From: Acanthaster planci
Taxonomy: Eukaryota
Reading direction: 5' to 3'
DNA length: 64,000 nt
Assembly (NCBI RefSeq): GCF_001949145.1
Contig: NW_019091362.1
Span: 744,997-808,996 of the forward strand
The position numbers and the translations under genes are program-made. Positions 1-11,987 of this stretch are shown piece by piece. A model generated the notes under the pieces. It had not been told where the DNA came from and made no database searches. It worked only from the letters and a program-made list of their open reading frames with translations. Each line of letters begins with the position of its first letter. Within the stretch, counting starts at the first letter, position 1.

Positions 1-69
1 ACCTGATGTTCTCCCTAAGGTCGAAAAATATACCACAAAATGTCTCCCTAGTGACCCATTTGTAAGAAT

Positions 70-120
70 ACAACAGACATTAAAGATCATGATGGTGAAT
101 GGAATGACCAAATGTACTCC
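70..120 (+). pseudogene. Decayed C-type lectin fragment (C-terminal WND region)
   Basis: Translates TTDIKDHDGEWNDQMYS, matching ATIDIHTHDGQWNDRWC of the intact lectins; flanking Cys codons and ORF context are lost. Confidence 0.5.
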
Positions 121-389
121 ACCAAGCATGGGTATCAATAAGTAGGAGGGGGGGAAAGGTTTGTCTGGTGGCTCGTTGCCAAGTATACTCATATACATGT
201 AAGTAAAATGAATTACCAGAGGAGAAGAGATTCTAAACTACAAAATACGGCCATGATGTTGCTTGTGAATGTGGAAATTCACACGTACATGTACAAAGAG
301 GTTCCAAACATGCATTAAAGTAATTGTATTGCACCTTTAAATTCCAAGGAGGTTGTTAATGCCACAAACCAGATGTCAGTTGATGTCAG

Positions 390-1440
390 TTGATCCATGG
401 AGCTTTTAATAGCTTGATAGTTGATCACAGTGTGTCATTGTGGCAGTTGATTTTCATAGTGCAAGAATGTTAAGAACCATATGATAATTATCACTGTTGT
501 GGTCAACCCCCCCCCTCAATTACAAGACCATCACCAGACTCACCCCACAGGGCAAATCACAACCTACTGGTGTTCAATGAGCTGCACTTTTGTCCTGTTC
601 CTACCTGTTACTTGTGACTGATCTCGTAAAGGTTTTAACTGCAAAGATGGGGGTGTTAATTTGAACTAGTACGGCCCAAGACAGCTTCAGGGATGATGAC
701 TAGGTTTTTGCTTTATGCATGTACATATACCAAGGATCTTCCTACCACCTGCAGTTCAGAGTGTAACTTCACCCACTACCAAACTGTTTTTTTTCGAGAG
801 GCACTTTCTCTTCTGTGCCCTGCCTTATTTTGTGCAAATTGCAAGGCAATTTGTTGTCCATTGACTCATTATCCCAAGAAGACTCTCCCATACTGGTACC
901 GATATTTCACCACGGGCTGGTGAATTTCTTAACGGGCTTTCTAATGGATTGTGTGCATTCTTTGTAAGAGTTAATTCCCTTAAGTGCATCTCGTGGTCAA
1001 TGGTTACTTTTGTAAATGAGTTGCCTCAAGACACTAAAATATAATATTTTTGGCTTCAGTCATTTCATCGTTTGTCGGATGTCATAAAGCTTCTGCATCC
1101 TCGTTACAATCCATATTTGTGTAACTATCTGATAGTGACCTATCACAGGCTGTTTTACCCGATGCTGTCCGGATCTCCTTTGCAGACCTTGTTGCAATTA
1201 CTTGCTTGCCGGTATCCATGTTGCACTGTATTCATAGCCGTAGCATCCTCTCACATCCTTGTCTTTTCTTACAAAGCTGTGGATTGTTCCTTGGTCTGAT
1301 AGCCTCATCCATCTTATCCTTTGACTCTCTGGTTCTCTTTGATTTAAAGGCAGCTGCGTGTGTACATGTGTACCACAGCTGATGTTTTAAGAGAAAAAAT
1401 TATGATGGCTCTACATGGAACTGAACCTGAGAACTTGAAG
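390..1440 (-). pseudogene. Putative heavily decayed TRIM remnant (B-box2 / coiled-coil / filamin-like), antisense and upstream of lectin 1
   Basis: Minus-strand pieces across frameshifts: H-VEPS*FF...QL-YTCT...LNQREPE...MDEA (B-box2-like), helix-like QTKEQSTAL...EDATAMN, and VDHNSDNYHMVL...TVINYQAIKSS (like filamin V.D..DG.Y.V...QPIKGSPF). Homologous blocks precede lectins 2, 3 and 5. Confidence 0.35.
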
Positions 1441-1938
1441 CCAGCCATTGTAATTGTCATTATTGGATTGATTGGTGTACATGCCATTTGTAAACCAGGT
1501 TGGATGGAACATGGCTCATCTTGCTACAACTTTACAGATCAAAAGATGACTTGGGACGATGGAAGCTCCTACTGCCAAGAGCTTGATGGGATGCTGTTGG
1601 TTATTGAGACAGAGGAAGAAAATGACTTCATCGCTCAAGGATTGAAAAATCTCAACGTGTCAAAGGCGTGGCTTGGTTGCAATGATAAGGTCACAGAGGG
1701 CACATGGATGTGTTATCCTGAAGGTGTCAAGAGAATGCAGTATGAGAACTGGGGGGAGGGACAACCCAATAACAAAGATAACCAGGATTGTTCAACAATA
1801 AAGACCGAGGGTCATTATGGCAAGTGGGGTGACAAACAGTGCAACAGCAGTAGGTACACTGTATGTGAGACAACCAGCAGCAGAGTCCCTGCCATGTCCT
1901 GCTACATTCTGGGTTCTGATGGACGCCTTCACCTCTAA
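1402..1938 (+). CDS. Secreted C-type lectin 1 (single exon, 178 aa)
   Basis: Hydrophobic leader (AIVIVIIGLIGVHA), then CTLD hallmarks: C..GW....SCY, W......C...G..L..I...EEN.F, WLG, Y.NW..GQPNN..QDC, WGD..C, VCE. Confidence 0.93.
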   Translation: MMALHGTEPENLKPAIVIVIIGLIGVHAICKPGWMEHGSSCYNFTDQKMTWDDGSSYCQELDGMLLVIETEEENDFIAQGLKNLNVSKAWLGCNDKVTEGTWMCYPEGVKRMQYENWGEGQPNNKDNQDCSTIKTEGHYGKWGDKQCNSSRYTVCETTSSRVPAMSCYILGSDGRLHL

Positions 1939-4849
1939 ATCTCACCCAAGCCTTCAGTCAGCAACACACCCCTCTTTCTCTTGAATAAGGATTCTGCATT
2001 TAAATCATCAGCTTGAAGAAAGACTACCAGTGTTCATGAATAATATGTACATGTATGAACATTCGTGTACATGTTGGATGTACCAGTGCAAATTACTGAT
2101 TTTGTGCCTCGTACATGTATGTTGTAACCCGTTGGTGTTTTTGATGCACCACAGACAGCAAGGGGTGTAATACTCTGAGATCTTTACGCAGTAGACAGTC
2201 AGACGATGATTCAAGTTTCTACAAGAAATTCAGTCTACAAAAAATGTCAAAGATAAAGCTGGACACTTGGGACTGTGCATTTTGAATTGTGTGCATCAAG
2301 ACGTTTGATTTACCTCAGGTTGTACCATGACTGATGCTTTTGGTGGGGGTTGCCTTGAACCATTTGCTATCTGAGTGTACGGTACAGTATCTGTCAGTAT
2401 ATGGTACATGTACTGTACATGTAGGCCTATGTCTGAATCTGTGTTGAGCGACAACATTCATGTGAATGGTTTAAAATCTTGATGCTGAAATGTTGACGAT
2501 TTCCTGCTAATTGAGCAGGAACTACGGTATTAGGAATTTACATTCTACCGGCGCTAGTCTGCATTTCTAGAATATCGGATTTGAGTCATTGCAAATTGTT
2601 TTGAAAAACAAAACCTTAAGATTGCTTGTAAACATGGTGTAAATATTGCCTTGTTACAAAGGGCGAAGGAGCGCCATACAAATGTGCTCCTTTAGCCATG
2701 GCACTGACTGGGCGGGGCCCTACTATTTTCGTCCTGGTTTGGGCTACTTACATGTAAGGTAAATATGCTCAGCTGAATATAATTTGCCTCTTTGTCCATT
2801 AATATGTGTTTGCGGCTTTCTAATTTTCTTTATATAATTGTGCTTGGCTGTGCTAATGTAAATATGTTTGCTTCTATCCTTTGCTTGTCCAAAACTTGTC
2901 CAAAACCACTAGATTTTCTTTGCTTTAAGTTATTGCTTCGCTGGTTTGAGTTTATAATGAAATGTTGTTTCAAATTAGTTACTTTGCCATCCTTGCTGTG
3001 TCATATGTTATTGTCCTTGTTCCCGTATTTTGATTTTCTTCTGCCGTGCGTTCTCCGTACGTAACAACATCAAGACATTGTTTAATATTTTCTGAATTAA
3101 TTATACGAGTTCAGCATTCTTCCCATCACATTGACTTTCTGCAAGGGAAATCTTTTGTTAAAGTGAAATTATGTTTTTGCCTTACAAATCAACAGTTACC
3201 TGATGGCCACCCTTACCCCTAAACCTCACCTAAGTTTTCAGCTAAAATGTGCACCTATCCCTTCATAGACACAGGTATGAATTAGTACAGGTCGCCTGAG
3301 ACATGGTCCCAACTTTAATTTTTTCTTCAGCCTGAAAGATCCTATATGTACATGTACTAGTTTAATTATGGAAGTACATATGAGCACCCCAATGCATTCA
3401 ATTTTGACTGGAACAAGCCTAAATATCATTGTTCCCCCATGGTGTCAAAACAGGATGACGTCTTGATTTTTAGCTGCTTCGGCTACACTGCTGAAGCAGC
3501 TATTGTTTTCATTCTCTGGGTCGCAGTGGTGAAGTGTAGGACACTTTTCAAGAGACGGGAACAGAAACCCCTCAAAAAGCCTTTCTTTTTCTTCAGTTCT
3601 TACAATGAACAATATCACAGACAGTCTGCAGCAGTTTTTTGGAGAAAACATTGGGGTTAAGAGGGCGAAAAATGTGTGATTGCGCAATACCCATTTATAC
3701 ACATCAATGCTCCTAGTGGGTGATGGAGGTTAGGGTGAAATTTACTAACTCAAAACCTGACCTGCGTCAGAAGACCAGATGTTTCAGCATAAAGAACTTC
3801 TTCAAGGTACACAAGTCGGTGTTAATAGGATTAAGAGAGGCATGCTTTAGGTTATGAAACCTGATTGAAAAAAATGAAATATCCCATGGAATAGGAACAT
3901 CATGATTAAGAAAAAATCCAATTTTTGACAATAACCGGTTTTTCTGTGTTTGTTGTGTCAGTAACCCTTCCGCTATAACACTTTGACACTTTAGTAAGAG
4001 TGATTGCCCTCAAACTTTGCATATGCTTAGACCACCATCTAAGGATGGTCCTAGAAGATATCTGTCATGATGACGTCAGCACTTGTCACGTGACAACAAA
4101 GTTGAACTCTTTTCGGGTTTGTATCTCTGGAACCATTTGTCCCAGTGGGTTGAAATTTTGCACACACAAAAAATCCAAATGTGTTATACGTGAAAATTTG
4201 AGTTATGTCATGATGACATTACCACCTGATTTTTTTGTGTGATTTTTAAATTTTGACATTCTTTTTGACATATCTCTTGAACAAAACAATTTTTTTTTTC
4301 AAAATTCTTTTTGCTACACCTACAGCAGGTCTATTAGATATCCATTTGTTGAAAAATGTTGACGTCATGATGACGTCACGATAATGTACAATTTTTAATT
4401 CTACATATTAGGCAACGTCTGATCGTTTTGAAATTCACTCAGTATGTTAACAGTCCATCCCTGATTGCATTTCTGAAGTGACGCCATCATGACCTCATTC
4501 ATTGATTTTTTATGATTTTTTTCACAATTTATACATAGACCAATTTGCATGCATACTACTACTATCTTCCTACCGGTATCATACCGTAATTTCTGGAACT
4601 TAAGTCCAATTACTTTCAAATTCTGCTGACAAACCGTGAATTTCAATTGACCAAGTTCAGGTATATGTGCATGATATCACGATTTGTATTTAAGAGCCGA
4701 GTATGAAGTAATAGTGCTATTTACAAGTATGATCGTCCGATATAATTTGTGTACATTGTGACCTTTGCCCTCAATTTGGTGCATACAACACATGTACACA
4801 CACTGGCGGCCGCTATCAGGGTACAACTGAGGAAATGCACTGTGTCAAG

Positions 4850-5082
4850 TAGTCTTGGTTTCAAGACCTTCCAGAACTTATTCCACAACACAAACCATCA
4901 CACGTACACTGTTAGAGGGCGCTATCACCACATGAATTGTTATCGCATGAAGACCAGGACCTTCCTGTGGTAACAATTCGTGAGGTGATAGCATCATGTA
5001 CATGTGCATACATGTACATGTACAGTACATGTGATGGTTCGCTGTGTCATGGATCAACTAGAAGGTCTTGGAACCAAGACTA
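4850..5082. mobile_element. Palindromic MITE with TAGTCTTGG...CCAAGACTA termini (Academ-like TAG ends)
   Basis: tagtcttggtttcaagaccttc at left and gaaggtcttggaaccaagacta at right; the whole ~230 bp folds as an imperfect hairpin. Confidence 0.6.
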
Positions 5083-6738
5083 TGTGTTGCGCAGTTCATG
5101 CTAATTCCAGCATCTGCGATCCGAGAAAAAGCAAGGACTGATCCGATGATTGGGACTGGGGGAATCACCCTTTAAGATTTTTCTTCTTGGAATTAAATAC
5201 ATGTAGCTTAAAAAATATACAAATGATGTTTTGAAAAGGCTCTGATTCCCAAGCAGCTCTGTGGTTGTTCACAGCCACATGCCTCGAGTTTGTTTTGTTT
5301 TCAGCCTTTCTGAAAATTCATTGGTTGGTATTCACTTGTGGCAAGTCGGAAGTGACTTGAACACACTGATAACAAGTAGCTGGTGACATAAGCACTGTTG
5401 TGTCTGGTCATGACATTGATATTATTTCTTTCGTTAAATCGTTCGTGGAGGTGCACTTGTTCATGTTTTTATCAAATTGTAGTTTATCAAAATGTTAATA
5501 ACCACGCAATGAAGCACAATGAACGCTTTAGATTCAACATTATACCATTTGAATTTATTGGTAGCGTGATAGTCATTACATTTAATTGCAGCAGTGATGT
5601 TGTTTTTAGCACTAAAAGAAGCCTGGAAATTTTTTTTCTCGTGAAAATTATGGCTAATATCATGAGCAGCATCATTTCAATTTGTACAAATATGTAAAAC
5701 ATTGTGTGAAGAAACGGTGGTGAATTTAATGTGAGTGTAGAATTAAAAAATAATCGGATGTTGTTCTAAATTATCAAACTTGTCATAATAGCCTCTAATA
5801 TGCAAAAAAAGACACGTAGCAGTTTAGTTAATTCACTATCACTGTAACTCGTACCCGTATATAGATGTGAGATTTGCTGTGTGTATATAGTGTTCTAAAA
5901 AAAGTATTTTGCTCTAAACTAAAGCCAACCATTTCAAAGTGTTCACAATACCTTGGCAAGAATAAATTCTGCTCAATGTATTTTTCGACAGCCAAACATG
6001 CCAGCCATGATGTAATTCAGTTCACAAGTCACCAGAGAAGTTTTTGAGTTAAAAGGCCTTGACCCCTTCACGCCAGGAGGCGGCTATAGCCGCCGTAAAA
6101 ATTGAGATCCTCAGCCCGCTTTTCAGCTATTATTCTCGGCCCACGCTCGAGTGAACACGGTGAAAGAAGGCAGACCCTGGCTCTTGTATATATGGTAATT
6201 GGTCTTTGTGCATAGCCCAGAAATGAAAAAAAACGATTTTTCATCATAATCACCAGCTTCACAATAGTCCCCACTTTGAAAAGAGGCAATGGGAATGTGG
6301 AAGGGTGAGTAGAGCTGCATGCCACCGAACAATCAGCCTTTTCACTGTGTAATTCAAAGCATGCAGAGCAGGTGGCCTTCGTGGCCAAGCAAGGCTGGAA
6401 TTCTTGGAGTCGGCTTTGGGAAGAAATTCCCATCGTCAAGGGGTTAATTAAGAAGAAGTTTTCAAAATGTGAATCAACATGAACCCTCGGCATCTGTCAA
6501 CTCGATTACCATTTTCCTTCAAGTATCAAACTGAGAGAGAAATTAAAACAAAGAGCTGAGTTTAGTGTTTCCAATGTAAAGTGAAACTCCTGGTGAGTTC
6601 CTACTCCCTTTCATCTCGCAGATCACATATGGTTTTTCTGTTCAAATGCGAACCTAAAGGTTGCTAACTGAAAACATGCTGCAATTTGCATGATGGCTCA
6701 TTGCCAAGTACAGTACCGGAACATGTATACTAAAATAA

Positions 6739-7218
6739 CCACTACCTGCTGGGTGGATTTCTTTTGAGCGGGATGTGATGGTGGGATCTTTTCAAGATTT
6801 TCCGTTTTCAAAATTCTTCAAAAATTCATGTGTTCATTTACTGGACGTTTACACCCACGTGAACAACTTTCTGGTGGCTACTCTAATCTGTCAGGCAACT
6901 TTCATTGATGCCCGAGTATTCAGCCCAGGCCTGCAGCCCTGTAAAAGCGAGTTCAGAATAGTGAGGTGTTGCATTTGTTCTAGTGAATGCCAGTAGCATC
7001 TTTTCATACACAGCTGGATAAGCGAACAGTGGCGCTTTGACGCTCATCAATGGGGCTCTAGAGCACTTTTGTCCGCGGTGCTAATCCGCGTGCGCGCTAT
7101 GCTCAAAACGGTGGTATACTGTTTCAAAACAGTGCCAAATTACCTTCGAAAAGTGGTATTTGAAAAATGCTGGCAATTCCCAGCAGCAGGTTGGTGGGAA
7201 TTGCCAATAGGAAGTGGA
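6739..7218 (+). repeat. Dispersed non-autonomous DNA-element family (CCACT...AGTGG ends, TTAA-like flanks); other copies at ~29222-29545 (+) and ~12530-12775 (-)
   Basis: Near-identical core gtggattt...gagcgggat...ttttcaagattttccgttttcaaaattcttcaaaaattcatgtgttcattt at 6753 and 29238; reverse-complement match near 12670-12770. Confidence 0.6.
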
Positions 7219-9321
7219 TAACCATGAATCACCAGAAGAAAGGAAATTTAAACCAGCAAAATACCGGTATGATTGTTCTCATGAATATAGAAATTCACAT
7301 AAAAATAGGCTCCAACATACCTTTTGAAGTACCGTATTAGCAAAACAAAAAACTAATATCAGGTTAGTTAGAGTGCAACTGATACATAAAGTAGGCACTG
7401 TTGATATTTTACTTGTATTTTGGTTAATATTTAAGTTTTTTGTATCGATATTATCGATATATCACATTTTATTCATTTTGATTTTCAACTGGCCTACACC
7501 CCTACTTTGTAATGGTGTGATCCAATTCAAATTTGGCAACATGTTCTAGCATCCGTATTGTGTGATGAGATGTGATATATGCTGCCGTGCATAGCGATAT
7601 CATCAGCACGTGGTGCTAGTTTGGTTAGCAAATAATTCTCTGTTTTGGAGGATAACTTTTGAGATATTTTCGATGCAAAGTGTATGCAAATTATTGAGTG
7701 CGAGACTAAGATACGTGTAGCTTACTGAATTTATTCTTCAAATGTCGCCCTATCAGCCGCCCGGAGTATAAGCTACAGGGACATTTTTCACTCAGCGTGA
7801 GAACCAACGTAGGCCATGGCTTATCAAAAATTACACTCATGTGACAGTGCACTTTCGTACCGGTATTTCTAATAAAATGCGTTCCTTGGTAACAATATTT
7901 TGGATATACATGTATTTTTCAATATCGATGTTTTCGAACTTTCAAACCATTTGATCATACCCATATGGATAATATGGATAATATCGATTTATCGATATAT
8001 CGACGGTGCTTAACATAAAGGTGCATTTTTAAGGTTGCAGTAAATTAATTGCATTGCCCTATAAAATTCCAAAGTAAGTTAGGCTTTTTTTTTTAATTGA
8101 TCAATTCAGGACTTGGTGTTGCCAACAGAAATGATGAAAAGCAGGTCTGTAGAGTAACATTTAATATACGTGTATATTAATGGCAACATACATGTACAGA
8201 CTTTGTAATCATCAAGTACGTATTCCCTGCAGTTTTGGAAGCATCCTTATTTGGAGTGGCAGGAAAACATGATGGTTGCAAGAAAAGTGACGGTAAAAGG
8301 AACACAGAGATGCAACTTTCCTCCTGTGCTCCAGTGAGAGAATGTGTGCCCAGAGAGGATCATCGATCTTTAGAAGTGGACAGCCTTTCTCTGTAACCTG
8401 TCTAATGCAGTGGCACCTGCTCCACTCCATACAGGGGAGGCATACATGTACCCCATAAGTGGTGGAATATATGCCTTATAAATGGCACCACAGGCTGGGA
8501 GAGGAAGGAGATTTCTGGTTCTGCCAAGAATATAGAATCTCCTTGCATATTTGTTGGCAAGACCGGCAACATTTCGAGTCCAAGACAGTGAGTTGGTGAT
8601 AGTTACACCGAGAAGGATTATACTCCAAGTGGGTTTTAATGAACTGTTCATGAAGTAGAGAGGTGGGTGGTTCTGGATGAGCTTCCTACTGATTATCATC
8701 TCCTCAGTTATTTTAGCACTGAAGGTGATGCACCAGTCAGAAGCTCACTTTTCAATAGTGTCTAAACCACACTGAAGACTTTCGCCAGAGGTGACTCTTT
8801 GTTCAGGATTCTTAAGTGTGACATGAAGAGTGAAGTGATCTGTGAGCAAATAAAGATCATTCTCCTGTCAAGTCATCAATATACTGGTAGATCGAGAAGA
8901 GCAGAGGATCAAATACATCTACACGTAAATGCATGTACACGTAGTACAACTGATTGCCTTCTATCAGTTATGAATCATGAAATTCAGCTGATCCGATTTC
9001 CTTTGATACCACATGATGTCAGTTTAGTCAAGAGGCCACAGTGCCACACACGATCAAATGCTTTCTTGATGTCAGTGGCAAGAACTCTGATTTCTTGCTG
9101 GATGTCAAGATCATCTTTCAACCACTGAGCAATGTGAGAAAGCATATCAATAGTAGACGTCTTCTCTAGAAATCCATATTGAGAGTCACTAATTAAGATG
9201 ATTTCATCAAGATGCTTGCAAATGTAGTCACAAATGACTCTCCATAACCTTGGAAATTAAAGGCAACAATGGAATAGGTCTGTATTTAGCAGGGTCTTGC
9301 TTGTGTCCTTTCTTTGGGACT

Positions 9322-11693
9322 TGTTACGGCCGATAATGTAACAATTGGCCAATAATGTAATAAAAATTGGCCATAATGAAATAACCCAAAACCAGCTGAT
9401 TATGTATGAAATGAATTAGATTGACCTCTAGTTGACCCATCTATGGTTGAACCATCTATTTTACAGCTCCATGGTTGGGTCTCCATTGGCTGTCCTACTT
9501 TGATGTCCTGGATCATTTCATCATTGTCTGTTACATAATTCCTTCTGAAACATGATCTCTTTAACCCTTAAACCCCTTGAGATAGTTTACCTGACTGCAT
9601 TAAGACCCAGACTGACCAAGAGTCACACCATGACACCGGCACGTTGACAGTTGTACAGTCCACTAACATACACGGCCCATTTTTGTCCTCTTTGAACCGT
9701 CTAAAATAGGAAAAGTGGCCTCATCTCATTTAAAAACAATCACAATGCTGTAAACGTTTGTAATGAAACATACACGCATACTTTAAGGCACACTAAGGCA
9801 TATCTATAGTGAATTTTCAGCAAATAATTATCAAACTAAGTCAGTTAATAACACAAGTATGAAGGGCCTTTGTACCTTCTTCCAAATACTGGCTAAATCA
9901 AAAGTATGCAAGGATACTGGGGACAGTAGCAATATAAAGAAACAATACCAGTCTGTAATATACAATACAGCCTTGATGAACATTCTTTATAAATTTAAGT
10001 TATGTTGCAAATGAAATCTTCAAGAAATTAATGTTTCTTTAGAAGTGCACGCTGTTACGTGTGGGAAGATCAACTAAAAAAGCCCAATCCGTCGCACACG
10101 GCAGCAAAGTAATTTAAGAGGGAAGAACCAACAAATAAACAGGACATTTTCAGCAACCAGCACTTATCATGGCAATAAAGCGTGACTTGCATTAGAAGAA
10201 CTGAAAGTGCATTAATTTTAATAATGAATCAACGTCAATCAACATGGGGAGATGAACCAGTAAATAAATATAATACATATCTATACAATTATAATAAATG
10301 AAGTATTGGCCGATATACATACAAAGAAATTGCCCGGTAAACATACATGTAGGAAACCACAGAAGACCGGGGTGCTCTGTTGACCGGTGGGTGAGGACTG
10401 CTGCGAGGTGTGGACCACGTCCAACGAGGGCGACTTGACTGACCGATGATCCTGAGGGCAACGTAGTGCTACCTGGCTCCACAGTAAAATATACCCACGG
10501 CGGATAGATGTCATACCCATGCAGGTACAGTTCAGGGCAATGGAGCAGTAGCCGTGAACGCCAGCACGATGATTCGAAGCTTGGGAAGAACAGCCACGCT
10601 CAGCGGGTCCATAAAGGTAGCTTGACTTGGACAACGGTAGCACTAGTAGCTGGATCATTGGTGCTGTCAGCGTCTCGCCTGCCTGTGGTGGTGTGGCCAA
10701 AAGAGAACCCGGCATGGGAGTATCTACCGGTACCTAATTTATAGTGTCCTAGCACATTCTCTGTTCGCTCATTATACAAAGAATCTTATAAAAGAAACTT
10801 TTTACAGGGCTTGGGGCTTGGCCTAGAAAGATTAGAATGGCAGCCCAGGAGGATTAATGTTCAGGCTCCAGAGGGTCAAGCTAATAATCCCACTGGCTGG
10901 CCTGACCTGGAAATTCTGAAATTCAAATCCTGACTGTAACAACGCCTTGTCATAAAGTAGTATATGTGATCCTCGCAAAGTGCTGGTCACCATCAACAAA
11001 ATTTAAAAAATAAAACAGTGATCATTCCTCTCAGATAGAATTAAGTATTGTGGCTTTGTTGGCAAATCAAACAATAAACGACCTTTGTAAAATCCAAACG
11101 CTATGCACAATATCGCTTTTCTTCACCACCCTAAACTTCCTAAGACTACAGGACTTAAGCCTTAATACTACACGGACTATCGCCACCTCACAGAATGAAT
11201 ATCATACTTTCTAAGAAGCAAACCTGAGTGCACCCTGGCAGGTCAGCATCCTTAACTCTCAGTTCAACAGTATATACTGTGATTCATAGCCTCTAACCTC
11301 GAAAATAGATGAAAGTGAGAAATATCCTTGCACACACCTGTCAAAATCTCCTTCCGGCTCAAGCTACCCCCCTTGTCCACTTAATTATGTTCTTGTTCTC
11401 ATGTACATAGCTTGTTTTTGAGTTTTCTTTAGTTTTCATAAGAAGAATCTGCAAGGAAAACTTGAAGAAAACCCAAGTCCCCCAAAGCCTTCTAAGAAAC
11501 AAGCAAATCTACAGTTATTACATTATCGGCCTCCATGTTATTATATTATCGGCCGGTTTTGGGTTATAACATTATTGGCCAATTTTTCATTATGGGTCGC
11601 TTGGGTTATTACATAATGGGTCGATTGTTATTACATGTACAGTATCAGCCCGTATTACATTATTGACCAATTGTTACATAATCGGCCTTAACA
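9322..11693. mobile_element. Non-autonomous DNA transposon, TGTTA...TAACA termini (Ginger-like), 5-bp TSD GGACT
   Basis: TIR tgttacggccgataatgtaacaattggccaataatgtaata; right-end reverse complement tgttaaggccgattatgtaacaattggtcaataatgtaata. GGACT at 9317-9321 and 11694-11698. Subterminal AATGTAA repeats. Confidence 0.85.
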
Positions 11694-11987
11694 GGACTGC
11701 TGTCACTTAAGCAGTTTTCCAGTCAGAGGGAACAGTCTTGGTGTCAAGAGATTTCTGAAACAGCTTAGCAAGTACTGGAGCCAACTCAGGTGGACATTTC
11801 TTGAGCACAGTGGCAGAGATTCTGTCAGGACCATTGGCCTTGGAGGTGTCCAGTCTCTGCAGCTTTCTGAGTACATTTTTTAGCCAGAACTTAAGGATGC
11901 ACAACATGTCTTTAGTCTTGGGGGCACCAGAGGAGGATATTTCCCAGTATCATCAAGATGGGCGGTAGCCAAAAATCTGTCATTTAA

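Noticed and set aside
1360..1401. Upstream extensions of lectin ORFs (starts at 1360, 18744, 42464, 48411)
   Set aside because: Mostly non-ATG starts and not conserved among paralogues; the shared MA(L/V) start precedes the signal peptide.
5395..6020. Shared ORFs in the block duplicated at ~20170-20790
   Set aside because: Reading frames are not conserved between the two copies; treated as duplicated non-coding or repeat DNA.
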